Positions 10,793 to 20,138 of a stretch of DNA of 64,000 nt are shown here, in pieces. The notes under the pieces were generated by a model that did no database searches, was not told the origin of the DNA, and saw nothing but the letters and a program-made list of their open reading frames with translations. The translations under genes and the position numbers were made by a program. Location: assembly GCA_938038445.1 (NCBI GenBank), contig CALHRZ010000017.1:12065-76064 (forward strand), written 5' to 3'. This DNA is from an uncultured bacterium. GTDB lineage: Bacteria > Verrucomicrobiota > Kiritimatiellia > CAIKKV01. Position 1 is the first letter of the stretch, and each line of letters starts with the position of its first letter.

Positions 10793-11597
10793 GGATCCTC
10801 CTAGCCTCTTCCCAAAGAGAGGGAAGGCGCTCAAATGGTAGGGAATTTTCTCGGTCCGACAGCGCCTTCTCAGGCGTCAAATAGGTTTCAAGAAAGAGGG
10901 CATCGCAGGCACCCGTGGCCACTGCAGCACGGGCCAGCGCCGGCGCCCATCGCCCATCTCCCCCCGAATGATCACCCGCTCCACCCGGCCGTTGCACACT
11001 GTGCGTTGCGTCGAAAATAACCGGATAGCCCAGGTCACGAAGCACAAGCAGGCTCCGCATGTCCGCCACAAGATTATGATAACCGAACGACGCCCCACGC
11101 TCCGTAGCCAGAAGACGGCGGTTGCCGGCGCTCTCGGCTTTTGCAAAGACCGCCGCCATATCCTCCGGCGCGAGAAATTGCCCTTTCTTAACGTTCACCA
11201 CCCGGCCCGTTTTCGCCGCAGCCACAATCAGATCGGTCTGCCGGCAAAGAAAAGCAGGAATCTGAAGAATATCGGCAACCGCAGCCGCAGCTTCCACGTG
11301 AATGGTTTCGTGAACATCCGTCAAAATCGGCACGCCGAATCGTGCCTTAACCTCCGCAAGAATCGCCAAGCCTTGCTCAAGTCCCGGCCCGCGAAACGAA
11401 GCGCCCGACGTCCGATTGGCTTTGTCATAACTGGCCTTGAAAATAAGAGGAACCCCCGCGCGACGGGCCCAATCCGTCAACGCCTGCGCCAATTCCAGAC
11501 AATCCTCCCGGCTGGAGATGACACACGGCCCCGCCACAAGCGCCAAAGGCCGGCCTTTCCCGATTTCAATTGCACCGATCCGAACGGTGAGCATCAC
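10773..11597 (-). CDS. kdsA: 2-dehydro-3-deoxyphosphooctonate aldolase (KDO-8-phosphate synthase)
   Basis: 274 aa. The N-terminus is IGAIEIGKGRPLALVAGPCVIES-like, and the family motifs are FKASYDKANRTS and VIFDATHSVQ. Confidence 0.85.
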   Translation of the reverse strand: MMLTVRIGAIEIGKGRPLALVAGPCVISSREDCLELAQALTDWARRAGVPLIFKASYDKANRTSGASFRGPGLEQGLAILAEVKARFGVPILTDVHETIHVEAAAAVADILQIPAFLCRQTDLIVAAAKTGRVVNVKKGQFLAPEDMAAVFAKAESAGNRRLLATERGASFGYHNLVADMRSLLVLRDLGYPVIFDATHSVQRPGGAGDHSGGDGRWAPALARAAVATGACDALFLETYLTPEKALSDRENSLPFERLPSLWEEARRIHAIVAG

Positions 11598-12349
11598 ACA
11601 GCCTCCATCGCATTCGGCGCCCCCAACCGCGAGAAAACCTCTTCTGCGGCACAGAGATCTTCCGGCGTGTCGACTCCCAATCCCCTGTAAACGGTTTCCA
11701 GCACCAAAATTCGTCCGCCTGCATGGAGAGCGCGGAGTTGCTCCAGTTTTTCCGCCTGTTCCAGCGCACAGGGGGGAAGACGCACCAGCTGCATCAGAAA
11801 CGGCCGGCGATAGGCATAAATCCCGATGTGCCGCCAGCGGACAAAAGCGCCCGTTCCTTCCCGCTCATACGGAATGGGGAGGCGTGAAAAATACAACGCC
11901 CCGCCGTCCGCCCGGCATACGACTTTAACCACGTTCGGCGACTGGGTCTCTTCGGCCGTTCGAATGGGACAAGCCGCCGTCGCCATATCCCACTCCCCAT
12001 CGCCAAGAAGACGCTCCGCGAGTTCGTCAATCAACCGAGGTTCCACAAACGGTTCGTCCCCTTGGATGTTGACCACCACGTCGGCATCCATTTCCGCCAC
12101 GACCTCGGCCGCCCGATCCGTCCCGCTCGGATGATCGGAACGGGTCATCACAACCCGCCCGCCAAAGGCTCTCACAGCCTTCGCAATCCGCTCATCATCC
12201 GTCGCCACCGCCAGCCAGTCGAGCCGATGAGCGGTGGAGCACCGCTCCCAAACCCACTGAATAAGCGGTTTCCCTCCCAGCCGCGCAAGGGCTTTGCCGG
12301 GAAAACGTGTAGAACCCCATCGGGCCGGAATAACGCCAACCGCCCTCAC
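11594..12349 (-). CDS. kdsB: 3-deoxy-manno-octulosonate cytidylyltransferase (CMP-KDO synthetase)
   Basis: 251 aa. The N-terminus is VIPARWGSTRFPGKALARLGGKPLIQWVWER, and NIQGDEPF is present. Confidence 0.85.
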   Translation of the reverse strand: MRAVGVIPARWGSTRFPGKALARLGGKPLIQWVWERCSTAHRLDWLAVATDDERIAKAVRAFGGRVVMTRSDHPSGTDRAAEVVAEMDADVVVNIQGDEPFVEPRLIDELAERLLGDGEWDMATAACPIRTAEETQSPNVVKVVCRADGGALYFSRLPIPYEREGTGAFVRWRHIGIYAYRRPFLMQLVRLPPCALEQAEKLEQLRALHAGGRILVLETVYRGLGVDTPEDLCAAEEVFSRLGAPNAMEAV

Positions 12350-13365
12350 GACACTCCCCCCTGGTCGTTTCGAATGGTCAAAAGCAATTCCTCAGGCGAA
12401 CAGGAAGCCGTGCCCAGTTTCCCGACCACGACACCCGCCGCATGATTGCCAAGGGAAGCGGCTTCCAAAGCCGTCGCTCCGGCGGACCGGGCCAGAAGGC
12501 AGGTGGCAATCACCGTATCCCCCGCCCCGCTTACGTCAAAAACCTCCCGCGCCCGCGTCGGCAAATGGATCAGAGGCCGCCGTTGTTCGGCAATCACCAT
12601 CCCTTTGGGACCCAGCGTCACGACCAGCGCCTCGGTCTGCCATTTGGCCTTCAAAATCCGTACCGCATGCGCCAGCTCCCGATCCTTTAAGGGATCCTCT
12701 ACTTCCGAGCGCGGCGGAAGCCCCGCGCAGACATGGGCCTCACGACAGTTCGGTGTCGCCAGCGTCACCGGGCGAACCCGTAGGTCGCGATCTTCCTTGG
12801 GATCATAGCCCGTGGGTATGCGAAGGAGTTCAGCCGCGTGCAACAGGGCATCAACAACGGGTTGACGAATCGCTCCCTTGCCGTAGTCCTCAAGGATAGC
12901 CCCCGTGCAACCCCGAATTGCCTTCGAAAGACGGGAGGCCAGCCGTTCGAGATCTTCCCGTCGAACCGGCTGATCGTGCTCCTGGTCGACCCGAACCACC
13001 TGCTGCCGCTCGGCAATGATCCGCGTTTTTTCCGTCGTACACCGATCCCGCAGACGGATGACGCCCGCCGTGGAAAGCCCGCGGCACTCCAGAAGTTCCA
13101 ACAGTTCGTCACCGGCCTTATCGCACCCCACAAAGCCTGCGACAACCGCCTCCCCTCCCAACGCCCGGATGTTCACGGCCACATTCGCCGCCCCGCCCGG
13201 CATGATCGAGACTTCGGCAACGCGTACGATAGGAACCGGCGCCTCCGGGGAAAGCCGTTCCGCATGTCCCCGAATATAGCGATCCAACATCAGGTCACCC
13301 AATACCAAAATCCGTTGACGGGAAAAACAACGCACCAACGCTTCCGCCCGTGCCCGCTCAATCAT
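12346..13365 (-). CDS. D-glycero-beta-D-manno-heptose-7-phosphate kinase (HldE domain I / HldA-type, PfkB carbohydrate kinase). There is no adenylyltransferase domain.
   Basis: The ~340-aa product has the PfkB kinase signature DVSGAGDTVIATCLLA and the GGAANVA motif. It is too short to include the HldE domain II. Confidence 0.75.
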   Translation of the reverse strand: MIERARAEALVRCFSRQRILVLGDLMLDRYIRGHAERLSPEAPVPIVRVAEVSIMPGGAANVAVNIRALGGEAVVAGFVGCDKAGDELLELLECRGLSTAGVIRLRDRCTTEKTRIIAERQQVVRVDQEHDQPVRREDLERLASRLSKAIRGCTGAILEDYGKGAIRQPVVDALLHAAELLRIPTGYDPKEDRDLRVRPVTLATPNCREAHVCAGLPPRSEVEDPLKDRELAHAVRILKAKWQTEALVVTLGPKGMVIAEQRRPLIHLPTRAREVFDVSGAGDTVIATCLLARSAGATALEAASLGNHAAGVVVGKLGTASCSPEELLLTIRNDQGGVS

Positions 13366-14119
13366 GACGATCGTCCTCCTCCGGTCGGCGTTCCACCCCG
13401 GCCAGCCGAATGATTCGTCCATCCATCCATAGCCATTCCCGCGGGAAAACACGGGGAATTGCTCTCAGACCGGTCCCAACAACCGAATCAAGCTTCCAGT
13501 ATATCGCGTCGTGAGCCGGAATGTCCAGACGACACGCCACTCCCCGAATCTTATCAACCCGCCAACGGACTCGCCCTCCCATGTCCATGCTTTCGATCGC
13601 CCCTTCCCGCACTTCCCATCGGCCGGAAGGGATGGGACCTGAAAGGGATTCTTCGATCTCCTCCCAGTGTTCGGCCTTCTCAAGACCGCGCAACCCCTCA
13701 AAGAACGCTCCTCCCCGACCGTCCAACCGAAGCACCGGACGAACTAAAATCCGCTGCGTCCCAATCCGGGGGCGCCACCGAAACCGAACTTCCGGGATCT
13801 GGAGAATCGCCGATCCCCCCTCGGATATTCCCACGTGAACCCCGTGGAAGACTAAATCGCCGTTGAAGGAAAGCCGGCTGGAACCAATATGCGGGCGAAC
13901 ACCCAGCGTCTCGGACCACCGATCCGCAATCAGTTCACGGAAACCCGCTGTGCGGGCAGCAATGAAGAAGAATACCCCCAGAATCACCCCCAGCAAAAGC
14001 ACGACTCCCATGCCTCGAATTCCCCGATAACCCTCGGGGCCCTTTTCGCCATTCGCCGCCTGTCCCTCCTCCAGCGGCCATTCCGAAGTCCGCTCGTCGA
14101 ATCGCCCCCGAAGCGTCAT
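13358..14119 (-). CDS. Hypothetical single-pass membrane protein
   Basis: The 253-aa ORF has one TM (GMGVVLLLGVILGVFFFIAA). It overlaps the yggS stop (ATGA) and the hldE start, so it is embedded in the LPS operon. I recognise no family. Confidence 0.5.
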   Translation of the reverse strand: MTLRGRFDERTSEWPLEEGQAANGEKGPEGYRGIRGMGVVLLLGVILGVFFFIAARTAGFRELIADRWSETLGVRPHIGSSRLSFNGDLVFHGVHVGISEGGSAILQIPEVRFRWRPRIGTQRILVRPVLRLDGRGGAFFEGLRGLEKAEHWEEIEESLSGPIPSGRWEVREGAIESMDMGGRVRWRVDKIRGVACRLDIPAHDAIYWKLDSVVGTGLRAIPRVFPREWLWMDGRIIRLAGVERRPEEDDRHD

Positions 14120-14856
14120 GCCGTCTCCTCCTCTACCGTCCGTCGGGAGCCGAAAAGGGCGGTGCCTACCCGAATCCAGGTGGCGCCTTCTTCGATCGCC
14201 GTCTCAAAATCGTGGGACATTCCCATGGAAAGCTCCGGCAAAGGCGTTCCCGTGGCCGCTTCCGTTTCGTCCCGCAACTGTCTCAGAAGCCGGAAATAGG
14301 GGCGGACCTCTTCGGGGTCGGGGCGAAAAGGAGGAATGGCCATCAGACCCATCACTTCGAGATGGGGGCACGCGTTGGCCGCTCGAACCGCTTCGGAAAC
14401 CTGAGACGGTGCAAACCCAAATTTAGAAGCTTCTCCCGCCACGTTGACCTCAAGTAGAATCCGCATCCGCCGGCCGGCACGGTCACATGCGCTCTCCAGC
14501 GTCCCCATCAGAGAAAGCGAATCCACCGAGTGAATCCACACAAACAGAGGCACCGCCGGCCGAACTTTGTTGGTCTGTAGATGGCCGATCAAATGCCACT
14601 CCACCCCCCCCGGACAGAGTGGAATCTTGCGTCGGGCTTCCTGCACGCGATTTTCCCCAAAGGCCTTTATGCCTGCGGCAACCGCCTCACGGATGCGGTC
14701 AGGTTCCACCGTTTTCGTCACGGGAAGAAGTCGAACGCTTTCCGGCGGCCGATTCGCACGCGCACACGCGCGCCGCATCCGCTCGCGTACCCTCGCAAGC
14801 CGCTGTTCAAATGTGTCCGTCACGCCGCATGCCTCGTCCCCCATGGCTCCCTCCAA
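14116..14856 (-). CDS. yggS: YggS-family pyridoxal-phosphate homeostasis protein
   Basis: Conserved features are LLPVTKTVEPDRIREAVAAGIKAFGENRVQE, HLIGHLQTNK and ELSMGMSHDFETAIEEGAT. The product is 246 aa. Confidence 0.85.
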   Translation of the reverse strand: MEGAMGDEACGVTDTFEQRLARVRERMRRACARANRPPESVRLLPVTKTVEPDRIREAVAAGIKAFGENRVQEARRKIPLCPGGVEWHLIGHLQTNKVRPAVPLFVWIHSVDSLSLMGTLESACDRAGRRMRILLEVNVAGEASKFGFAPSQVSEAVRAANACPHLEVMGLMAIPPFRPDPEEVRPYFRLLRQLRDETEAATGTPLPELSMGMSHDFETAIEEGATWIRVGTALFGSRRTVEEETA

Positions 14857-14860
14857 ACTT

Positions 14861-15463
14861 TCAGAGTTCCTGACGCCCCTGAAGCGCCCGCGCCAGCGTC
14901 AAGGGGTCGGCATACATCAAACCGCTCCCGGCCGGAAGCCCCATCGCCAAGCGGGTGACCCGAATGGGAAACGCCCGTAACTGTTCCCGAATATAGGCGC
15001 AGGTTGCTTCGCTCTCCACATCGGTGTTCAACGCAAGAAGGATCTCCCGAACCGATCCATCTTGCGCACGTTGAATCAGACGGTCGAGCCGGAGATCGGC
15101 AGGACCCATGTTGCCGGCGGCGGAAAGCTTTCCCCCAAGGGCATGGTAGCGGCCATGAAAAACCCCGGTCTTCTCAATCAGTGCGATATCACCGGCATCC
15201 TCCACCACGCATAACAGGCTCGCGTCTCGACGCGCATCCGAACAGAGCGCGCAGGGGTCCTGGCCGCGCGTCGTCAACCCCCCGCAAAGCGAACACACCC
15301 TGGCCTGTTCGGCCACTTTCGCAAGCGCTTCCTGCAGCCCCCTTAACAGACCCTCCGGATCACGCGCCAACCGCCAGGCCATCCGTTCGGCTGTCCGACG
15401 GCCCACCCCCGGCAGCCGCGCGAGCTGCGCCGACAAATGAGCCAGACATTCCTCCGCCTTCAT
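14861..15463 (-). CDS. recR: Recombination protein RecR
   Basis: 200 aa. It has the HhH N-terminus LPGVGRRTAERMAW, the C4 zinc finger CSLCGGLTTRGQDPCALC, and a Toprim domain. Confidence 0.88.
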   Translation of the reverse strand: MKAEECLAHLSAQLARLPGVGRRTAERMAWRLARDPEGLLRGLQEALAKVAEQARVCSLCGGLTTRGQDPCALCSDARRDASLLCVVEDAGDIALIEKTGVFHGRYHALGGKLSAAGNMGPADLRLDRLIQRAQDGSVREILLALNTDVESEATCAYIREQLRAFPIRVTRLAMGLPAGSGLMYADPLTLARALQGRQEL

Positions 15464-15778
15464 TTAGGGACCCATTCCAGGAATCGGAAGACCCGCCGTA
15501 ACCTGACTCATCGCCGCTTGAACCATCGCCCGCGCCTCGGTCAAAGCCCCATTGACCGCCGCAACCACACTATCCTCCAGCATCTCCACATCGCCGGCCG
15601 TCACGGCCCGCGGATCAATTTTCAGAGCCGCTAAAGTTCCATCGCCACGGGCGGTGGCCGTGACCATCCCCCCACCGACCGAATGGGACACGGTCTTTTC
15701 ACTCATCTCCTTCTGAACCCGCTCGATCTCCTTCTGCATCGAAGCAGCCTGTTTCATCAGTTTCATCAGATTTTTCAT
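15464..15778 (-). CDS. ybaB: Nucleoid-associated protein YbaB/EbfC
   Basis: MKNLMKLMKQAASMQKEIERVQKEM is the classic YbaB N-terminus. Its 5' end overlaps the dnaX 3' tail by about 80 nt. Confidence 0.8.
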   Translation of the reverse strand: MKNLMKLMKQAASMQKEIERVQKEMSEKTVSHSVGGGMVTATARGDGTLAALKIDPRAVTAGDVEMLEDSVVAAVNGALTEARAMVQAAMSQVTAGLPIPGMGP

Positions 15779-17501
15779 GGAGGGACTCCTTGGAGCCGGG
15801 GCGCGACGATCCGCCCGATATGGAACGCACATCGCCTTTGAACAATTCCACCGTCTTTCGAACCAACGGATGGTTCAAGAGATCCTGCCGGGAGTAGGCC
15901 GGAACCGCAACGGGGGATGCCGGCTCGCTGGGGCGAACGGACGGTTCGGCTGCAGAGGGAAGCGCTGAGTCCTCCTCCTGCACCGTCCATAAAGGTCGAA
16001 CGGGACGACGCAGGACCTCCTGAAGCGCTACCCGAACGGCTTGTTCGAGGCGGGGAAGGCGGTTTAACCGCGCCAGTTGGGAGGCAAAGGCAGGGTCGAA
16101 GGCAATCTCGACCTCATTTCCTTTGACGCCGATCGGGCGTCCGTGCAGGAGAATCTCACGAACAGTCGGAGCGCGGCGGGCCGCAACCTCGATCAGATCC
16201 GTCCACTGGTTGCGAAGACGCTCCAAGTCTGCCGGAATTTCGAGAGGCGCATCGGTCGTTTCAGAAGGTTCAGCAGCCCGGATCGCGTACGCCGATTCGA
16301 TCGCCCGTTTTTCGGCCACTTGGCCGTTCTCGACAGCAGAACCTCCTCCTCCCTCAATCCGATTTTTCAACTCCTGCAGGCGGACGAGGATATCGTCGAG
16401 CGAGACCGCCGTGGCCCTTCGGGCGCATCGAAGCAGAGTCGTCTCAAGAAGCGTAACGGGAGAAAGCGCATACCGCATCCGACTTTCTGCCTGGCTCAGC
16501 CATTCGATCATCGTGAGGAGATGGTCCGGAGATGTCTGTTCCGCCCATTTTCGGACAACGGCCAGTTCATCATCCGTCAATTCCAGCACCCCTTCCGCCT
16601 TAGACGTCGAGGCAAGAACCAGCACATTCCGCAATCGTTCGATCAGTTCCACGGTCAACCGGTGAATGTCTTTTCCCGCTTCATCCAGTTCATGAACCAG
16701 GCGAACCACCTCGGAAAGATCCCCAGTAAGAATGGCCTCGACCAAACGATCCAGCCTCGCGCGTGCGACCAGCCCGAAAATACCGAGAACGTTCTCCTCC
16801 TCGATGGCGCGGCCGCAAAATGCGATCAACTGGTCGAGCGCGGATTCAGCGTCCCGCAGACCGCCTTCCGCCCCCCGGGCTATCGCCAGGAGGGCATCCG
16901 GTGTCACCTGCACCCCTTCGGCTTCCGCGATTTTTCGGAGTTGGGCCACGATCTCTTTTACCCCGATCCGGCGCAGATCAAACCGCTGACATCGGGAAAC
17001 GATCGTGGCGGGAACTTTGTGGGGTTCCGTGGTGGCAAAGACAAATTTGACGTGTGCGGGCGGTTCCTCCAGCGTCTTGAGCAGCGCGTTGAAGGAACCG
17101 GTCGACAGCATATGGACTTCGTCCACGATGTAGATCTTGAATCGGCAACGCGCTGGAGCGAAGGGAACATGGTCCAGAATGATCTCACGGACTTTCTCCA
17201 CTTGCGTGTTCGATGCCGCGTCGAATTCGATCACATCCAGGCAGGCGCCCGCAGCAATCTCCCGACAGGGGGCGCAGACGCCGCAAGGCGTGACCGTTGG
17301 CCCCTTTTCGCAATTCAGCGCTTTGGCAACAACCCGAGCCAGCGAAGTCTTTCCTACGCCTCGGGGTCCGACAAACAGATACGCATGAGCAACGCGTCCG
17401 GTTGCGATGGCATTTTTCAGGGTCTCCGTGACGGGGCGTTGCCCGATCACTTCATCAAATTGCTGGGGTCGCCACTTGCGCGCCAGGACTTCGTACGCCA
17501 T
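15699..17501 (-). CDS. dnaX: DNA polymerase III subunit gamma/tau
   Basis: The true start is MAYEVLARKWRPQQFDEVIGQ (ATG at 17501, verified). It has a Walker A (FVGPRGVGKTS), a zinc module (CEKGPTVTPCGVCAPC), and the SRC-like VDEVHML. The ORF-track start at 17708 is a spurious extension into the ffs region. Confidence 0.9.
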   Translation of the reverse strand: MAYEVLARKWRPQQFDEVIGQRPVTETLKNAIATGRVAHAYLFVGPRGVGKTSLARVVAKALNCEKGPTVTPCGVCAPCREIAAGACLDVIEFDAASNTQVEKVREIILDHVPFAPARCRFKIYIVDEVHMLSTGSFNALLKTLEEPPAHVKFVFATTEPHKVPATIVSRCQRFDLRRIGVKEIVAQLRKIAEAEGVQVTPDALLAIARGAEGGLRDAESALDQLIAFCGRAIEEENVLGIFGLVARARLDRLVEAILTGDLSEVVRLVHELDEAGKDIHRLTVELIERLRNVLVLASTSKAEGVLELTDDELAVVRKWAEQTSPDHLLTMIEWLSQAESRMRYALSPVTLLETTLLRCARRATAVSLDDILVRLQELKNRIEGGGGSAVENGQVAEKRAIESAYAIRAAEPSETTDAPLEIPADLERLRNQWTDLIEVAARRAPTVREILLHGRPIGVKGNEVEIAFDPAFASQLARLNRLPRLEQAVRVALQEVLRRPVRPLWTVQEEDSALPSAAEPSVRPSEPASPVAVPAYSRQDLLNHPLVRKTVELFKGDVRSISGGSSRPGSKESLHEKSDETDETGCFDAEGDRAGSEGDE

Positions 17502-17541
17502 GATTACGCTTTGGGTTCTTCCATCGTTCAAGTTTTCCCGT

Positions 17542-17657
17542 CCGTTCCGACGCCCAGGGGGTTCCCGGCTCCGCCGGACCTGCCTGCCGTTGCTCCCTTC
17601 CGGGCCTGGCGGGGTTCGGAAGGCCGTACGGCCCGAAAGTCCCGGGCGCCGGAACGG
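17542..17657 (-). ncRNA. ffs: Signal recognition particle RNA (small bacterial 4.5S type, ffs)
   Basis: The minus strand reads ...CCGCCAGGCCCGGAAGGGAGCAACGGCAGGCAGGUCCGG... This matches the conserved domain IV core of E. coli 4.5S RNA (CCAGGUCAGGUCCGGAAGGAAGCAGCCAAGGCAG). A terminal helix can form between CCGUUCCGGCGCCC at the 5' end and GGGCGUCGGAACGG at the 3' end, with one G-U pair. The ~116-nt length matches 4.5S. The position immediately upstream of dnaX-ybaB-recR is conserved synteny. Confidence 0.7.
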
Positions 17658-17697
17658 ACTGGAAAACTCGTTCGTTATTCGGTACTGTAACGGGCCG

Positions 17698-18210
17698 ATG
17701 AAGAACAATCAAGAGAATACACCCGAACTGCCGGACCCCTCCTCTCTCGTGCGCTTCATGCAAATGGCCCTGCAGGAGGCCAAGGCGGCAGCGGAAGAAG
17801 GCGAGGTGCCGTGCGGCGCAGTGATCGTTTGGAGTGGCCGCATCATTGGACGTGCCCATAATCAAGTGGAAACCCTGCGCGACCCCACGGCACATGCCGA
17901 AATACTGGCCATCACGCAGGCCGCAGGAGCGATCGGTGACTGGCGGCTGGACGGGGCAGATCTTTACGTCACCAAAGAACCCTGTCCCATGTGTGCAGGC
18001 GCTCTCGTGCTCGCGCGCGTCCGACGGTTGATCTTCGGCGTGCGAGATCCGGTCCGCGGAGGAGCAGGGTCGGTATTTCCCATCGTGTCGCATCCGTCCT
18101 CCCCGCACCGACTGGAGATTTTGGAAGGCATCCTCGAAGCCGAATGCAAAGCAATCCTTCAGACCTTTTTCCGCCGCCGCCGCCAGGAAGAAAACGAAAG
18201 GCCCTCTTAG
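17698..18210 (+). CDS. tadA: tRNA-specific adenosine deaminase
   Basis: Start is MKNNQ (ATG at 17698, verified). The deaminase zinc motifs are HAEILA and PCPMCAGAL. The ORF-track start at 17407 is an extension over the ffs locus. Confidence 0.85.
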   Translation: MKNNQENTPELPDPSSLVRFMQMALQEAKAAAEEGEVPCGAVIVWSGRIIGRAHNQVETLRDPTAHAEILAITQAAGAIGDWRLDGADLYVTKEPCPMCAGALVLARVRRLIFGVRDPVRGGAGSVFPIVSHPSSPHRLEILEGILEAECKAILQTFFRRRRQEENERPS

Positions 18211-19700
18211 CCGAACCGAATGACAAACTCCTCCTCTTTCGAGGGTTCGGGCGGTTTCTCTTCAACCTTAATCGGCTGATAGGTCGGAAGAAACCGATAG
18301 TAAACGGTCAACATGAGGCAGTTGAGCGCCGTGCAATACACCGGACCGAAGATCGCTTCCGATGAGGCCGGGGCCGGCCCCCAGCTCCCATCAGGATTTT
18401 GCATCGCACAAAGGGTAGGCGCAAATTGACGGTTCCAGGTGACCCATGTCGTCCCGCCCTGATGAAACCGAGCCTGCGTCACGTAATACCAGGAATAGAT
18501 GGGCCAGGCTCCCATCTGCCGCAAATCGAGATTCGGCGTGGCCGGATCGGTTTTGGTCCAACGAAACGGCACGTTCTGAAGCGCGCGCACCCCCGCCCGG
18601 GCTTCCGCATCCATCGCATGCCCCGTCAACTGCATGCACAGAACCGCCACACCGGTCATAGGAACATTGGGCGCCGCATGCCGTTCCCGCGTGCTGTACC
18701 GGAAAAAACCGGAACTGTTGTCAAACAACACCGTCAATCCGCGTATGCCCGTATCAATGGCCGCCCGCAAACCCCGATTTTCCGCTCCCGCATTCAAAGC
18801 GGCTTCCAATGCCTGAAGATGCCAGCCCGCTAGAGAAACGTCCATATGAGCCTCGGGCCCCCGCGCATACCCATAGTCCCAACTGCCCCCCTCATGTTGC
18901 CCATCGAGAATCACCTGAACGGCATCTTCCATCGCGATGCGTAGGTAGGGAATCCCGGTCAGCGCGTAAGCCTCGCTGATCGCATACGTCGCGATGGCAT
19001 GCTCGTAACAGTGAATCTGAGACGGCGCCTGAGCGGGACCCCACTGCGGCCCGCCGGAACGGAACCACCCGTCCTTCTGAAGCCGCAGCAGATAGCGGAG
19101 CCCCCGTCGAATCGCATCGCCAAATTCCGGCGAAGCCGTCGTCTCGCCATGCGCAAGAAACGCCAGCAGGGCCAATCCCGTCATGCTGGCCCGATAGTGG
19201 GGCCCCCAACTGCCATCCGGATACTGATGATCGCGAAGCCATCGGAGCGCCTTGAGAACCGCAATCTCCGTCCGTTCCCCCAACCCGCCGCTGTACTTGG
19301 CCAGCCCTTCCGCTCGCCCGGCAGCGCTACGCCCCGCGATAATTCCGCGAAACTGAACGGGCGAAACAGACTCGAGCATGTTGAATTCCGAAAGATCCAT
19401 CGCCTCACCCGCCGTCCCCAGGACGTCGACAGCCGGTGGCTCCTGATCAAGACTCACGGTCGGCGGAGTCACCACATCTACAGTCTGGGGGAGATCCTCG
19501 AACTTTTGTAGCTCCTCGGTCAACTTTTCCAACTCCTCCATCGGAGTCGGCTCAATCACAATCGCCTCGATCCCCTCATCGGTTCGAGGACGTTCAAACT
19601 GCACGAAGGTCGCCAACAATAGGAGCACTATCAAGTGAATGACGATGGAACCGGTCGGCCCCCAGAGATTGTCGATAATGCGTCTGACTCTCCAGTCCAT
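18207..19700 (-). CDS. Membrane-anchored prenyltransferase/squalene-cyclase-repeat (alpha-alpha toroid) protein
   Basis: 497 aa. It has an N-terminal TM (IVIHLIVLLLLATFV), an acidic linker, and repeated QW-like motifs (YPDGSWG, NPDGSWG, HEGGSWDYG) typical of terpenoid-cyclase/prenyltransferase repeats. It lies last in the TPR-exbB-exbD-exbD module. Confidence 0.6.
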   Translation of the reverse strand: MDWRVRRIIDNLWGPTGSIVIHLIVLLLLATFVQFERPRTDEGIEAIVIEPTPMEELEKLTEELQKFEDLPQTVDVVTPPTVSLDQEPPAVDVLGTAGEAMDLSEFNMLESVSPVQFRGIIAGRSAAGRAEGLAKYSGGLGERTEIAVLKALRWLRDHQYPDGSWGPHYRASMTGLALLAFLAHGETTASPEFGDAIRRGLRYLLRLQKDGWFRSGGPQWGPAQAPSQIHCYEHAIATYAISEAYALTGIPYLRIAMEDAVQVILDGQHEGGSWDYGYARGPEAHMDVSLAGWHLQALEAALNAGAENRGLRAAIDTGIRGLTVLFDNSSGFFRYSTRERHAAPNVPMTGVAVLCMQLTGHAMDAEARAGVRALQNVPFRWTKTDPATPNLDLRQMGAWPIYSWYYVTQARFHQGGTTWVTWNRQFAPTLCAMQNPDGSWGPAPASSEAIFGPVYCTALNCLMLTVYYRFLPTYQPIKVEEKPPEPSKEEEFVIRFG

Positions 19701-19712
19701 GCGCGTCCCCCG

Positions 19713-20123
19713 TCAGTTCATGCTCCCTACGGAAATGTTGGTCAATTTGGAGCGGGCGCAAAGATCAAGCACTTCCACCAGTTCCCGGTGCCGCGAATCG
19801 ATCGAACAGAGGATCATAACCGTCTGTTTTGGGTTCAACGCACCCAGTTGGCCCAGAATCTTCGCCAGTCCCGTCATGTCCACTCCGGAACCGTTGATCA
19901 GAACACCGCCTGGAAAAATTTCGATCTTGATCATGGGCGGCGGAGGGGTTTCGCTTTCCTGAGGTTTGGCGGACGGACTGAACACGTCAAGATGAGCAAA
20001 AACATCCACGGGCCGAATGGTCAATACGAAATAGATGAGGAGTTGAAAGACGACGTCAATCATCGGCGTCATCGAAATCTCCCCCGACTCTTCGCTCTTG
20101 CGCCTTTTCCTGAAATCGGCCAT
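19713..20123 (-). CDS. ExbD/TolR family biopolymer transport protein
   Basis: 136 aa. The N-terminus MTPMIDVVFQLLIYFVLT is the canonical ExbD TM region with its conserved Asp. Confidence 0.8.
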   Translation of the reverse strand: MADFRKRRKSEESGEISMTPMIDVVFQLLIYFVLTIRPVDVFAHLDVFSPSAKPQESETPPPPMIKIEIFPGGVLINGSGVDMTGLAKILGQLGALNPKQTVMILCSIDSRHRELVEVLDLCARSKLTNISVGSMN

Positions 20124-20138
20124 TTCCCGTCCTCCCTT

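Noticed and set aside
15699-15778. Approximately 80-nt overlap between the dnaX 3' end and the ybaB 5' end as a programmed frameshift site for a gamma subunit
   Set aside because: No A-rich slippery heptamer is evident. The overlap is more simply explained by the poorly conserved acidic tau tail running into the conserved YbaB start.
16077-17690. 537-aa + strand ORF
   Set aside because: It is fully antisense to dnaX, whose frame carries unmistakable clamp-loader motifs. The product is Arg-rich with no domain signature.
17407-17697. N-terminal 97-aa extension of the tadA ORF, and the 17502-17708 extension of dnaX
   Set aside because: Both extensions cover the SRP RNA locus and precede the conserved N-termini (MKNNQ... 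and MAYEVLARKWRPQQF). I chose the internal starts.
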